Positions 11,615 through 25,004 are shown, numbered from the whole stretch's first letter. The stretch is DNA of 63,878 bases, filler included, from Octopus bimaculoides (GCF_001194135.2; 7 parts of 5 records of this genome joined end to end with filler, not necessarily neighbours in it); one strand, 5' to 3'. Numbers and translations are program-made. Notes: generated from the sequence alone by a model not told the origin.

Positions 11615-13149
11615 NNNNNNNNNNNNNNNNNNNNNNNNNNNNNNNNNNNNNNNNNNNNNNNNNNNNNNNNNNNNNNNNNNNNNNNNNNNNNNNNNNNNNN
11701 NNNNNNNNNNNNNNNNNNNNNNNNNNNNNNNNNNNNNNNNNNNNNNNNNNNNNNNNNNNNNNNNNNNNNNNNNNNNNNNNNNNNNNNNNNNNNNNNNNNN
11801 NNNNNNNNATATATATATATATAAACCTAAATTTGGATATAAACACACATAGATGTGCATGTGTGTATGTGTGTATGTGTGTACGTGTACGAGTAGGTGG
11901 TGTAATCTAATAAACGAGACAAAAAGAGATGCATCTTATTTGGGAAATGGATATTTTAATTTAGACAAGTGAATACTACTTAACAGCAGTTTCAACGTTT
12001 CAATATTTCCGTTGTAGTTACTTTATAAGACACTCATTTATCGATGTTTGAATTGCACGTGACTCTCATCGAGCAATGTTTTAGTTAATGACAATCTAGC
12101 TGAACCATCCTTCTAAATTTTCCATGTATCTTAAGACTACTTTATTCCCCATATTCCTTATTTTTGAAGACATCATTGCACAAGTCAAACGACTACATGT
12201 AATCACTTTGTATCTATCTTGTTCTTGGCGTTGTCCTTTTATTGGATATTACTCTTTATTTTAGATTAATGAATCTGTTATTAATATTGTAGTTGTTTAC
12301 TTTGATTTTTTTTTAGTTTGTTGTTGATTTTATCGTATTTAATGTCACGACACAACTATTATTAGCGATGTTAATATTATTCAATTGACTTTAGTGGTGT
12401 TGTTCAATTTGTTGCCCATCACAACATCTATACCGCTGGGACTTTAACTCGAAAACAAGTGAGGCAGCACTGCATACATTAGAGTATTATATTAGCAACG
12501 TCGCTTAAAAGCGTTTTAATTCACTATTTTGACACCAGCACAACACAATTTGTCAAAGTGATTTGGCGCAAGGCCATAAAGAGAAGGTTTATAGCAGATA
12601 TAACTGAAACCTGTACAAGAGTTTCGTATTTTGTCAATAGAAAATAGTTGAAAAGTAAAAGAAAATTCAGAAGAAATTAACTTCACAACAGAAAAAGGTT
12701 ATTCTTTTAATACTAAATGGTTAAGTGATGCTTGACACTTTGGATCCCTTCGTAGTAGTAATAATAATTTTAAGGCAAACATTCTACAGTTAACAATAAA
12801 ATGGTAATGATTTTGTACAAAAATGGATATAACTGTAAATACGGCGAAGAATTTTATTCGAACCTCTGTTGATATGACACTCATAACTGCAATACCGCTG
12901 CAGCTGCTGTTGCTGCTGCTGATGATGATGGTTATGGCGCCGACGCAAACGACGAACATAATATCAATAACAACAACAACAACATCAACAATACTACTAC
13001 TCATAATAATAAGATAAGCCCTTACAGGGCCAATACTTAAAACGCACTGAAGAGACTGATGCTAATTTACTAAGCTCAGCCATATTTATCCGGACATTCC
13101 TCAATAGGTAATAAGAACATATAAGAAGAGCAGAAAAACAAGGTGGCCA

Positions 13150-13900
13150 TGAACATCCCATACGTTAAACCTGAACTGATTGCATATCCGAAGTTCGCTA
13201 GATCATCTTCAGATGGAGCCATGCCAAGCAACATCGTTTCCTTTAACAACAGAACACACAAGCACTAACCAGATAAAAAAAGACCCCTACCACACTTCTC
13301 TAATCAAACGAGACGCTCACTCAGAGCCCATGCACTCGTACGAAATGCTGGGACTCACTATTACTGAGAATATTCTTCTGATGAAAATACACCATTAGCA
13401 TAGTTAAGACTGCATCCTAAATGCTAGCCATTCTCCCTAGTGTTAAAAAGATATTTGAGTTGCTGTACGTTCCTGACACTCGAGAAGGCTCAAGTGATAT
13501 GCACAATAGTTTACCGCGCTCAAACGCAAACAGACATCCTGGACCGTATTCGTAAAAGGACTACTCGACTGATTCGCATTCAACATTAACGGACAGATTT
13601 CAGCATCTGCACGCACAGGATTACTGTCTCTTGTCTAGGTCTTATCCATTGCTCAAATAATATTTTAATAATATCATAAGTATGTCGGTCTCGAAATTCC
13701 ACCACTTAGATACCCAAACTTTTCGTGCCTTTGCTTTTCACTATCCTTGTTGCCGCAGAGATCTCCGGCCTCACACTATTCACTATACCCGGTTCTTTCC
13801 TTTCAGAACAGCAGCCTTTTGGAATCACCTCTGGTCATGTTTTCCCGCAGGTCTTGAACCACAACATTTAAATGGAACATTAACGGTATTAATATCACAG
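13150..13900 (+). mobile_element. Heavily decayed CR1-group LINE, RT C-terminus to ORF2 end
   Basis: Fragments NIVSFNNRT, EMLGLTITENI, DILDRIRKRTTRLI and FFPFRTAAFWNHL..CFPAG match CR1/Crack-type C-terminal motifs in the expected order. Confidence 0.65.
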
Positions 13901-14005
13901 GTTCCCGAGAACCTTCCCTCAGCGTGTAAAAGAAATGCAAAAGAATGTACACAGTACATACTAAGTATGTCATATTTTATGCATAGTTACATGTTGAATT
14001 TCACT

Positions 14006-14007
<2 letters not shown>

Positions 14008-14084
<77 letters not shown>

Positions 14085-14160
14085 AAACTCACACACAAAC
14101 ACTCACACACACAAACACACACACTCACACACAAACCCACACACGCGCGCACACACATAT
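14008..14160. repeat. (CA)n microsatellite with degenerate extension
   Basis: Read directly from the sequence. Confidence 0.95.
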
Positions 14161-15249
14161 ACAACATATTCGTTAAAATTTGCACGTCTTGAGTATTTGT
14201 TTCTTGTACTTATTGCGCATATATATTTGTGTGAGTGTGTGCCTACCTGCCTATGTATATGTGTGCACGCGGGCGCATGTATGTATGTATGTATGTATGT
14301 ATGTATGTATGTATGTATGTATGTATGTCGCTGGCGCCAGACGCGTGACTCCAAGCCACCAAATGCTTTTGCTGCCCTTTGAATTCGCAGGTGTATTTCC
14401 GTATCAAGATTTCCATCATCTTGAACGGAGCTTCCCAGGTAGACAAATGAATTGACAACCTCAAGTAACTTTCCCTTAACAAAAATTTTAGGGGAGTTAC
14501 AAACAGCACCANNNNNNNNNNNNNNNNNNNNNNNNNNNNNNNNNNNNNNNNNNNNNNNNNNNNNNNNNNNNNNNNNNNNNNNNNNNNNNNNNNNNNNNNN
14601 NNNNNNNNNNNNNNNNNNNNNNNNNNNNNNNNNNNNNNNNNNNNNNNNNNNNNNNNNNNNNNNNNNNNNNNNNNNNNNNNNNNNNNNNNNNNNNNNNNNN
14701 NNNNNNNNNNNNNNNNNNNNNNNNNNNNNNNNNNNNNNNNNNNNNNNNNNNNNNNNNNNNNNNNNNNNNNNNNNNNNNNNNNNNNNNNNNNNNNNNNNNN
14801 NNNNNNNNNNNNNNNNNNNNNNNNNNNNNNNNNNNNNNNNNNNNNNNNNNNNNNNNNNNNNNNNNNNNNNNNNNNNNNNNNNNNNNNNNNNNNNNNNNNN
14901 NNNNNNNNNNNNNNNNNNNNNNNNNNNNNNNNNNNNNNNNNNNNNNNNNNNNNNNNNNNNNNNNNNNNNNNNNNNNNNNNNNNNNNNNNNNNNNNNNNNN
15001 NNNNNNNNNNNNNNNNNNNNNNNNNNNNNNNNNNNNNNNNNNNNNNNNNNNNNNNNNNNNNNNNNNNNNNNNNNNNNNNNNNNNATGTATGTATCTATGT
15101 ATGTATGTATCTATGTATGTATGTATCTATCTATCTATCTACATACATTCATACATATATATATATATATACAGATACACACATACATATGTATAACTGT
15201 ACAAATATGCATACATATGAATACAGACACATCTATACACATACATACA

Positions 15250-15280
<31 letters not shown>

Positions 15281-15840
15281 GTACAAACATATTCAAGCAT
15301 ACAAAGTGCAAATATATAACGCAATACTAATTATTGAATAAACGAAGGCATATTGGGATACTTAAACTTTTAAGCCGTCATGACACAGATTTCATTTCGG
15401 TATGTTCGTAAACAATTAATAGATAAAAAAAAAGAACTTGTTAAATATTCATTTCCATTCGGGAACTATGAGAAATCACAAGAGAATAACGCTTAGGGGT
15501 CAAAAGTAAGTTAATTCATCTTACCTTTACATAAAGAATAACTGAAGTAAAAGCGTTAACAAAAAAATTCAATAAAATATAAGATAAAATATCTGAGAGG
15601 CAACTACAGGAGAGAGAGGAAACGGTATAAGTATATAAAAAGCTAACGAATTGGTAATAATGTTATGAAGATAAAAAGATAAGTAAACAAATCAAAATCT
15701 ATTAGGAGAGCATATACATCCATCCATACGCACACACGCACACACACACACATGCATGTACACACACACACATACATGTACACACACACATATACATATA
15801 TATCTATATCTATATCTATATGTATATATATATACATATA

Positions 15841-15940
15841 NNNNNNNNNNNNNNNNNNNNNNNNNNNNNNNNNNNNNNNNNNNNTTAATTAATTAANNNN
15901 NNNNNNNNNNNNNNNNNNNNNNNNNNNNNNNNNNNNNNNN
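15841..15940. other. Artificial 100-nt scaffold-joining spacer (N44-TTAATTAATTAA-N44)
   Basis: Palindromic 12-mer at 15885-15896 with TAA in all frames, centred in Ns. The same structure recurs five more times. Confidence 0.95.
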
Positions 15941-16252
15941 GTAGACACTGCTCTAGGTTTGAAAAGCATAGACAGCCAAGCTAAGAGGGAAGGTGCAGAA
16001 GGGATGTATCCAAAGACCTCAAGCGAGCCCTATGTTTCCCTGCAACAAGATTGTCACAACATGTGTGATGAATTTCCAGATCTTTTCAAGCAAGAATTGG
16101 GATGTCTCAAGAACTTTGAACTGGAAGTGAAGTTCAAATCGGATGCAACACCAGTCTTTCACAAGGCACGTCCGGTCCCATTTGCTCTTCGTGACGACCT
16201 GGCCAAAGGTTACGAAGAAGGCATCGCCAAGGGAATCTGGAAGCCAGTCCAG
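15941..16252 (+). mobile_element. Gypsy LTR-retrotransposon pol fragment (protease-RT linker)
   Basis: EFPDLFKQELGCLKNFELEVKFKSDATPVFHKARPVPFALRDDLAKGYEEGIAKGIWKPVQ is the typical pre-RT region of Gypsy pol. Confidence 0.85.
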
Positions 16253-16715
16253 AGGGGCCTTGCCGTATACATCAAAGGCATGTCAGGACCAGCTGGCATT
16301 CACACCTTTAAAAACAAGGAATACTAGTGGAGCACCCCAATTAAAACATCAATTCGGTACAAACATAACAGACCTAATATTGTTCTGTGGGACATGGAAC
16401 AAAAGTCATGCATTGCTGTAGAGGTCAGCTGCCCTGCGGATATGAATGTACAATTAAAAGTCCGGGAAAAAGAGAACATCTATGACGAAATAATGCGGAA
16501 CTTAGCTTTTGTACCCTGACAATGAATTCCCATTTGTACCTATTATCATAGGTGCATTAGGTTATGTACCAACAAATTTGCACAAAAATTTAGAAATAAT
16601 AGGTTTCGCAGATAAAGAGGAAAGGAAACTGACACGGATTCTCCAAATCCAGTCTATTAGTGACACAGTGAAAAGTTATAAGGCATTCCAAAAATTCTCC
16701 GAGATTCTAATGTGA
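16253..16715 (+). mobile_element. RLE-type (R4/Dong-like) non-LTR retrotransposon, C-terminal restriction-like endonuclease
   Basis: EY*WSTPIKTSIRYKHNRPNIVLWD...IAVEVSCPADMNVQLKVREKENIY...FVPIIIGALG, with one stop and one frameshift. Confidence 0.8.
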
Positions 16716-17403
16716 ACAAATCCACACACCTGGATGTATGCATTGACAGTTCTCCCAACACATCAACACATATTTACAAACACCGAGAACTCTTTTAACT
16801 CGAAAAGTCTTGTCGCTTTGTTAGCGACTGGCTTCAACTGTCTCAAAGAACTTAAATAAAACTCTAAGGAAAATCGTACATACATACATGCATACATACA
16901 TACATACATACATACATACATACATACATGCATGTATGTATATATGTGTGTATGTGTTTTGTGATTTACTACATATTAAACCTATACATTTTAAGTCGAC
17001 AAGAAATGGGCAAATCAATTAAAGACATTGGATAACTACAAATGACTATACAAATGGCCATAATTTCATACAATGTTATCGTGGACAGAAGAAAGAAATA
17101 TCAACTGGACCAGTTTCAGTAATTGGTTGGGATTCCATCAGCAATCGTCTGACCTCTAATTGTACACAGCAGCATTCTATATTGTTTTTATTGCTACTAT
17201 TGTTATCCAACTTATTAAATCGGATACACTAGTTTGATAAATGACGTAGTCTTAGAAATGAGTACAGTTAATAAATTACTGATGTACTAACAATGTCGGC
17301 TTTTGATGCTATGTACGATATACTGCAGAATAAAGCTATATAACTAAGACACCATTGCATGCGTAAATTTATTAATAAATATAAACACGCATACACATAC
17401 ACG

Positions 17404-17411
<8 letters not shown>

Positions 17412-17491
<80 letters not shown>
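17412..17491. repeat. (CA)n microsatellite
   Basis: Read directly from the sequence. Confidence 0.95.
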
Positions 17492-17494
<3 letters not shown>

Positions 17495-20494
17495 CCGCAT
17501 GCACGCTCCTGAATGCGTCCGTGCGTACATATATGTTAACACACAACGCACTCCCATACATAAATAATGTGTGTGTGTATTTCTGTATATGTGTGTGCGA
17601 GTATGTTAGTGTGTGCGCACACATACATATATGTGTGTAGACGCACACAGAGCACTCAAATCCTACGTATGTTTACTGTCAAGTTTTGCCTGTTCTAATT
17701 TCATTAAGCCTGGGGAGGAAATATTTTGTTGGTTTAAACATATGTACATTGCATGTGTGTGTGTGTGCATGCTTATGTTTACTTGTGTGAGGGTATGTGT
17801 GTTGTGTGTTAGATTGTGTGTATGCCAGTATCACGGACAGAACAGGTGGACAAAGAAGGTAAACCTGTTTGACAAGCTAAGCAAGCCGATCTCGTGACCT
17901 ATCTCCCTTTTATCTCTCTCATTCAAATCCTCTCACTATGTCTTTCATACTCTCTGCCTGCCATTGTGTATGTATGTATGTCTGTATGTATGTCTGTATG
18001 TCTGTATGTCTGTATGTATGTATGTATGTATGTATGTATGTATGTATGTATAAAACACTCTCACACACACTTCCCATATGCATACCAAATTGCACGCAAA
18101 TACATACTTAGACCTATTTTTCGAGCTTTAAATTGTATTTAATCTTTACTTATTTCACAATATCCGCGCTGACGTCTTTGCCGCCATTTCGCAACCTATT
18201 TTTTCTTTATTTCTGTTGTTGTTGTTGTTGCTGTTATCGTTGTTCTAGATTTTACGTGTTTCATTACTTTTGAAATGATAGCTCATCAGTAGCAAAGAAA
18301 TACAACACGCTTGTATGTCTGCTTTCTTTGTTCTTTATGGATGTCTCACCCTCTTTGTCAGTAATCTCTTCAGAATACGATATTGTTTTGCTCCAGGTCA
18401 GTTCTGTCCTGACTTTGTCGCAGACATTCCATCCGTGGCGATCCCATATTTTTGTACAATAAGGGCTACGATGAGTGTAACCCAACAGTTATTTCTAGCA
18501 CGCCGTATGACCGCATATAATCTCCGTTACTGACTGAAAATGTTTCTTATATAGACACCTGATTGTTATAGAGATGAATTATGTCCATTTCTTTCTACCT
18601 CTTCCGTGATGGAATTAACTTTGTGTAGAAATCGAAAGCAGATTACGGACCCCTGTTATCCTCAGTACCCTTTCATATGTGATCCATTCATCTAGTTGAT
18701 GTTATAGCTAGAAGCCCACTGCACTCTCCGAGAAACTTTGCCTTTCAAGCCCTAAGTATTTTTTTTGACGAGGCAGAAGTGTCTCCTTTATGAATTACAG
18801 GTCTTTATCATAATACTACAATAGGGCTCCTATAAGTGTTCCCTTTTTTCCCAGAATAACATAGGCCATTAAGATTTGAAATTGCCAAACTGAGTCCACC
18901 AGTGAATTGTTCATCAACTTAATCTCTTGGGGTCTTGCTGTTGTTTAATCCCATAATCGCAGAGACCTATAACCATAAACATTTGAACATATCTTGTCTT
19001 TCAAAGGTAACCAGGACGACACTATTTAATGCGTCTTTCTCTTTTTAATTCAGTAAGTGTGGTTTTAAGAAGATCAGGCAGTGATTTCTAGCAGTCGAGT
19101 AATTGCATTGAGACAACATTGTTGGTTCGTCGAATTTCTTGGTTTAGTTTTCTTCATAGGTATGTGTGTTAATATGTGTATATATATCATGTTAATATAT
19201 GTATGTATATCTACTAATCATTTAGATTGTTTATAATTTTCTCATTGTGAAAATTTAATTGTCCAGTTTTGTTTCACAAGGAAACAGTTCTGGATGCTTT
19301 TATATTTATTCATGGTGTCATACAACATACAAAATGGTTGTCTCTATGTTTACAAGCTGTGCAGTCAATTTTGTATTGGACTCTAGAATATCCTATTGAG
19401 AATCTAATGAGAATCTAAATCGTGATAGCCCAGTTACTGATCATAATTTCTCGTTAACATACAAATGTCACGATAAAATTATGCACATTAAAAACATATA
19501 GATAATTTCATATGCTTTGACATGTCACTTATAGTTAAAATTTGACCGATGTTTCTAATAGAAATACCACCTTCTATATATAACAATATTTTTGTAAAGG
19601 ATGTACAAATATTTGAGAAGAGCATATTACTTTTTCAGATTTAAACACAACATTGAGATAGCAACATTAACAAAAAAAGGGCAAGTTACAGTAGTCTTAA
19701 AAACAGAAAGAAAGAAAAGATAAAATATATAAGCATGTATCTCTCTACTGGAAATTAATATCAATACAATACATCTAAGAGTGAGATCGTTATTCTTGGG
19801 TAACAACCGAACCACTAAAATATTATTTTTAGGATTCTACAGGAGTCTTTGGCGGTGGGTGAGGGTCTAGAAGTGGGACTAGCATTTTCGTTCGGATACC
19901 GAACGTGTTAATATATGTATGTATATTTACTAATCATTTGAATGAAAAAATACCAAAGCAATAAAAAATAAAAAATAAAGACAAAAAAAAAACACAAACA
20001 AACAAACTTACATTGAATCGAGAAGAGCTGAAAACGCCTGACGATACTGTTTAGAACGAGGGGCTAACACACGAAAATTTCCTAAATCATAAAATTCATG
20101 AAAAACTTTAAACACTTGAGAATTTATATATGCCTAGAGGAAGACATACGAAATTGGGCTCAAAGGTTCATAGGCTGATTATGAAGGAGTGGTGATAAAC
20201 TCTGAAATCTTGCATGCATTAATTTCAACTCGTTTTATCAATAACTAAATTGTTTCTTTCCAGGTAAACTCACGTCTAACTGTTCAAAGGAGCTTCAAAT
20301 GTAACTACTAGCGACTTCTGTTGAAAATCGACAAAATTTGGCATCGTGGCCTTATTAAATACCTGCAGAAAAAGGGTTTAGCCTCCAATTCATAAAGTGT
20401 GGGGGTTTACATATGATGGAAAAAAATATACACGGGATACATTAAAAGAAGGGAAGTATACATAGTATACGGCATTAGAAGAAGAAAAAAGAAA

Positions 20495-20725
20495 AGGCGG
20501 CAAGCTAGCAGAAACGTTAGCCCGCTGGGCGAAATGCTTAGCGGTATTTCATCTGCCGCTACGTTCTGAGTTCAAATTCCGCCGAGGTCGACTTTGCCTT
20601 TCATCCTTTCGGGGTCAATAAATTAAGTACCAGTTACGCACTGGGGTCGATGTAATCGACTTAATCCCTTTATCTGTCCTTGTTTGTCCCCTCTATGTTT
20701 AGCCCCTTGTGGGCAATAAAGAAAT
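20495..20725 (+). mobile_element. tRNA-type SINE, family A, full length with 16-bp TSD
   Basis: AGGCGGC..GCAGAAACGTTAG..GAGTTCAAATTCC..AATAAAGAAAT. The TSD AAGAAGAAAAAAGAAA lies at 20479-20494 and 20726-20741. Near-identical copies occur at 42742 and 57900. Confidence 0.9.
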
Positions 20726-20749
20726 AAGAAGAAAAAAGAAAGAAAAAGT

Positions 20750-21709
20750 GATAGTGATAGGGTCCTCCGGAACAAACTTGTCAGTTTGTCTTCGTCGACG
20801 CCCAGGGTCTCCACGAGGACGTCGACTCACTTCCCGGATACTANNNNNNNNNNNNNNNNNNNNNNNNNNNNNNNNNNNNNNNNNNNNNNNNNNNNNNNNN
20901 NNNNNNNNNNNNNNNNNNNNNNNNNNNNNNNNNNNNNNNNNNNNNNNNNNNNNNNNNNNNNNNNNNNNNNNNNNNNNNNNNNNNNNNNNNNNNNNNNNNN
21001 NNNNNNNNNNNNNNNNNNNNNNNNNNNNNNNNNNNNNNNNNNNNNNNNNNNNNNNNNNNNNNNNNNNNNNNNNNNNNNNNNNNNNNNNNNNNNNNNNNNN
21101 NNNNNNNNNNNNNNNNNNNNNNNNNNNNNNNNNNNNNNNNNNNNNNNNNNNNNNNNNNNNNNNNNNNNNNNNNNNNNNNNNNNNNNNNNNNNNNNNNNNN
21201 NNNNNNNNNNNNNNNNNNNNNNNNNNNNCTCCAATCTAATCAAGCAGTAACTGGGAGAAGGCACCACGGTCAGACGATGAATAACGACAGAGGCAATGTA
21301 GGCATTCACCACCTCTGCCCGACCTTTCAGGGACAACTTCCTCTCTGCCCATTTCTGAGTAAGACAGGCCATAATGTTCGTCACCTCGTCCCAATTCTTA
21401 TCCACCTGGAGATCGGGTCCAAACTAGACCCCGAGCAGTTTAACTGGTCCGTCAGTCCAGCGTCCGACGACGACGCCCGATGGCATCGATCTGCCTCTTC
21501 AGGTGCCCAGTCGCAATCCCACCGACTTGTCGGTGTTAATTTTGGCCCTTGCAACCGACTCATATTCACTTACAATGGAGCCGACAATGTCTACTTCGGA
21601 GGCGTTCGACACTGTTATATGGACTGTTGGATATGTCATTCGTTTGACGTTTCGTGTGTCACCGTGGTTCGTCTGAGTTCATTGTTTCATTGTTGTTGTC
21701 TTGTGTGAC
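20750..21709 (-). mobile_element. Second Tx1/L1-clade LINE fragment, same family as 1-1060
   Basis: AKINTDKSVGLRLG..GPVKLLG..DKNWDEVT..QKWAERKLSLKGRAEVVNAYIASV..RLTVVP is homologous to the element at position 1. It is interrupted by a gap at 20844-21228. Confidence 0.85.
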
Positions 21710-21877
21710 TGTGGTAGTAAAATGTCATTGATATATATATGGCGGACATGACTTTTGTTTATTTATAACAAACATTGGGTGAGTGCGTTCTTTGTATGTA
21801 ATTGAATAATAAATGTAATAATTAAATTGTACAACTCGTTGTGTTATCTCTTCGGGTCTTCCGAGGGAAATACAACA
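21710..21877 (+). mobile_element. Putative 5' LTR of a Gypsy element
   Basis: TGTGGTA...TACAACA termini (6/7 inverted match) and an internal AATAAA, followed by a PBS-like motif and gag. Confidence 0.65.
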
Positions 21878-21885
21878 GAGTTTAT

Positions 21886-21904
21886 TGGCGTCGCCGATAG
21901 GATT
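21886..21904 (+). promoter_or_regulatory. Primer-binding-site-like motif (probably tRNA-Ser)
   Basis: TGGCGTCGCCGATAGGATT matches 15/19 to TGGCGCAGTCGGTAGGATT (complement of a tRNA-Ser 3' end, recalled from memory). It lies 8 nt after the LTR. Confidence 0.55.
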
Positions 21905-21944
21905 ACATGCTTACTTTACCGTAAAATTATTCATCGTAATAACA

Positions 21945-22401
21945 ATGGCTGAAAAACAGACAGTAGAACTTATTAAATTGTTTAGGGAACAAATGGACAA
22001 GCAAATGCAAGAACATCAGAGAGATATGGACGCTCTGTTAAAACTGTTTGGTGCTCGACAAGTTGAAGGCGATACTAGTGGCTATTTTTCAGCTGCTTCA
22101 ACAACAGTGTTGATTCCACCATTTGCTGCATTTGATTCAGCGACAGAACGATGGCCTGATTACTGGTCAAGATTCCGTACGTTTGTGGCTGCTAATGCTG
22201 TACCTGAAAAACGCATGGCACAAGTGTTCCTGACCAATCAGACCGCTACTGTTTACAAGCAACTTGCTAATCTGGCTACCCAACAAAATCCGCCTAAAGA
22301 TATCAACAACTTGATAATGGACGAAATCGTTGACTTCATGAAGGAACAGTTCGACCCTAAACTTTTCATTGTGAGAGAGCGTTTCAAGTTTTGGAGTGAT
22401 A
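21945..22401 (+). CDS. Gypsy gag ORF, 5' part, truncated by the spacer
   Basis: Uninterrupted MAEKQTVELIKLF...IPPFAAFDS..ERWPDYWSRFRTFV.AN...FDPKLFIVRERFKFWSD, typical of Gypsy gag. Confidence 0.85.
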
Positions 22402-22501
22402 NNNNNNNNNNNNNNNNNNNNNNNNNNNNNNNNNNNNNNNNNNNNTTAATTAATTAANNNNNNNNNNNNNNNNNNNNNNNNNNNNNNNNNNNNNNNNNNN
22501 N
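22402..22501. other. Artificial joining spacer
   Basis: N44-TTAATTAATTAA (22446-22457)-N44. Confidence 0.95.
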
Positions 22502-22564
22502 TATATGTATGTATGTATGTATGTATGCATGTATGTATATATGTATATATAAATATACATATAC

Positions 22565-22607
<43 letters not shown>

Positions 22608-24828
22608 TTTCCAGGAAGTGGTGGAGAGTCCATGCACTCGTATATGCATATGGGTATATAAGACACGTGAATGTATGCATTTGGGTCTGCATGTGTGTGT
22701 ACTTGTGTGTGCGTGCGTGTGTGCGTGCGTGTCTGAGCGTTTGCGCGCGTATTTAGTTTGAAAATAAATAATCTCATATTAAAAACATTCGAATTCCAGT
22801 TGACATTTAGAAAGTTAGGTGCAGTGTCCAAATGTTTATGCGTTATCCCGAAGGATAGAAATATAAAAGTTCATTCTAAGACTTCAAACATAGAAAGATA
22901 TGTTTGTTGCACATATCTCTCTATTGATTTCATTTACGTGACTACCAACAGTATGTACATGCTACACTACTACTACTAGTTTCCCACTCAATATCATAGT
23001 TTGTTGTTTGTAGCTTCTCTCGTTTTGTTTCTATATTTAATTCTCATTCAATCAGGTGTCTGTTTCTTCTTCTTCTGTCTTATTCCATTTCTTTTTGACA
23101 ATCATAATGATATAACGCCAGCCTTGCGCATCTCTACTGAAAACGAAACGAACCGTCCGTCCTGAACTCAATACACGATATTAAAATATGACACTACGTG
23201 GAATCACTTTTGATATTATTCAGTGCTGTCTGGTGACAGTGCCGAGACAAATTGATATAAAGTAAAAATGCTAAGAAAAAATTAAAATTAAAGAGCAAAA
23301 TAATAAAAAGACAAAAGCGTAACACGTTGTTGTGAATGAAGAAACAAAACAATTTCATATCTTTATCTTTTTCATCAAATTATTCATCCAGTCTGAACAT
23401 TACATCGATTCATTTTCACCGTCAAGTAGTTGCGCAATGGTAATATGCGTTTCAGATGGCTGCAGATAAAGCAGATATGGAAAACTATCGATAAAGTGAT
23501 TGGAGTCATTGTAGCGAACGAATTGAAACATTTATTGTTGTATTGCAGATATTATGAAAATTGATAAGGAGCCTGCTTACACTTTGGTCCACATTTCTCA
23601 ATATGGTGCAGCAATCAATAAAAAGAGACGTCTTAAGCTGTTTAACAACTGATTTATGGCAGAAACACGTTAAATTTATTGGAATGCCAGGTGTTTAGAA
23701 AGAAACAATTAATGTGGATAAGATAAAGGTGAGAAAGACATGAAGATGAGAGAAATTTCTAATAAATCATTTCAGTATAACGATCCTTTCTGAACTGTCA
23801 TAGTTGGGACTGATTCTACACGTAATCGAATGAATAGGTTTAGTAACACGAACAATACTGGGTAAATCTTAGTAGTAGAGGTAATCTAACAAGATGGGCT
23901 ACTTACAAAAGAATGACAGAGAATATTGTAAGAGCTTTTGAATAGAATCCCCCCCGCAAAAATAGAGTGAATGATCGTAATGATATTAATGATCTAATGT
24001 TATACACAGAGTGAATAAATGTTCGAGTGTATATGTCACAGTTGGGGGGTTGAGTTTAAATTCAATAGCCGTGGTGTATTGTGTTTCGGTAATTCAATCG
24101 GAAAATGTGTTCGGAAACCGTTGATGAATTTTACCTAAATCAATCTGATATTGTGTTCAGAGAGATCTGTCTGCAGTTCTCGTTGCCTTGGGCACCTGAG
24201 CTTTATAGAAACATTTTTTTTTCTTTAGGAATGAAATACTGTATAAGTCCCGATTATTGATCGTGATACCTTACTGGAGGATCCTTACATTATAATCCAA
24301 CAAGACCAAACAATTGTTGTTTTCGTAATTTTTAGGTTGCTCATCTCATTATTACTAAGTTAAGCAGCCGTCCTTTACCAGAATAGTTCTCTCCGAAAAA
24401 ATTGTCTTACTATGAAGGACAAATACTAAATACTGTATAAGAGACACTGAAATCTCTCTCGATAGTATACTACTTTATTTCAGTCTCATATTACGTAATA
24501 ATGAAACTTGTAATATCTCCTTTGTTCTTTCTCTCTATGGATATATCTACGCAAAGGCCGAAATAAATGTAACATTCATAAGAATTTCGTTAGAACAAAC
24601 AAGATATGTTCAATTGTTCTTTTAAATCTGTAAAATTCTGGAAGTCAAAGTGAAATGAAATGGTTTCATTTCAGATGCTCAGGAAAAGAAACGGTCGGCA
24701 AGAAAAAAGAATACGAGAAAGAAAAACGCCCGCGGTAATGTTTACATTGTTTTTGTCAAACTTCTACTTGTACAACATATCATCCATGCCTGTAATATGT
24801 ACGTGCGTATGTGCGTGTGAAATTGAAA

Positions 24829-24884
<56 letters not shown>

Positions 24885-25004
24885 ATATGGTTATTTTATA
24901 TCTAGTGAATTATGAATTTATTTTAATAAATGCCACCAAAGAGAATCGAAAAGTAAAACAATAATAATAATATTATGAAATTCTATTAAAATATTTTACA
25001 TTTA

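Noticed and set aside
12699-13017. Hydrophobic and low-complexity ORFs on both strands
   Set aside because: Driven by trinucleotide repeats (CAA, GCT, GAT); no splice or homology support.
13076-13261. Protein-like minus ORF (LLGMAPSEDDLANFGY...)
   Set aside because: Largely antisense to the decayed CR1-type RT on the + strand.
18264-18533. Possible RTE 3' remnant on the minus strand (GSPRME...)
   Set aside because: A single weak motif is insufficient.
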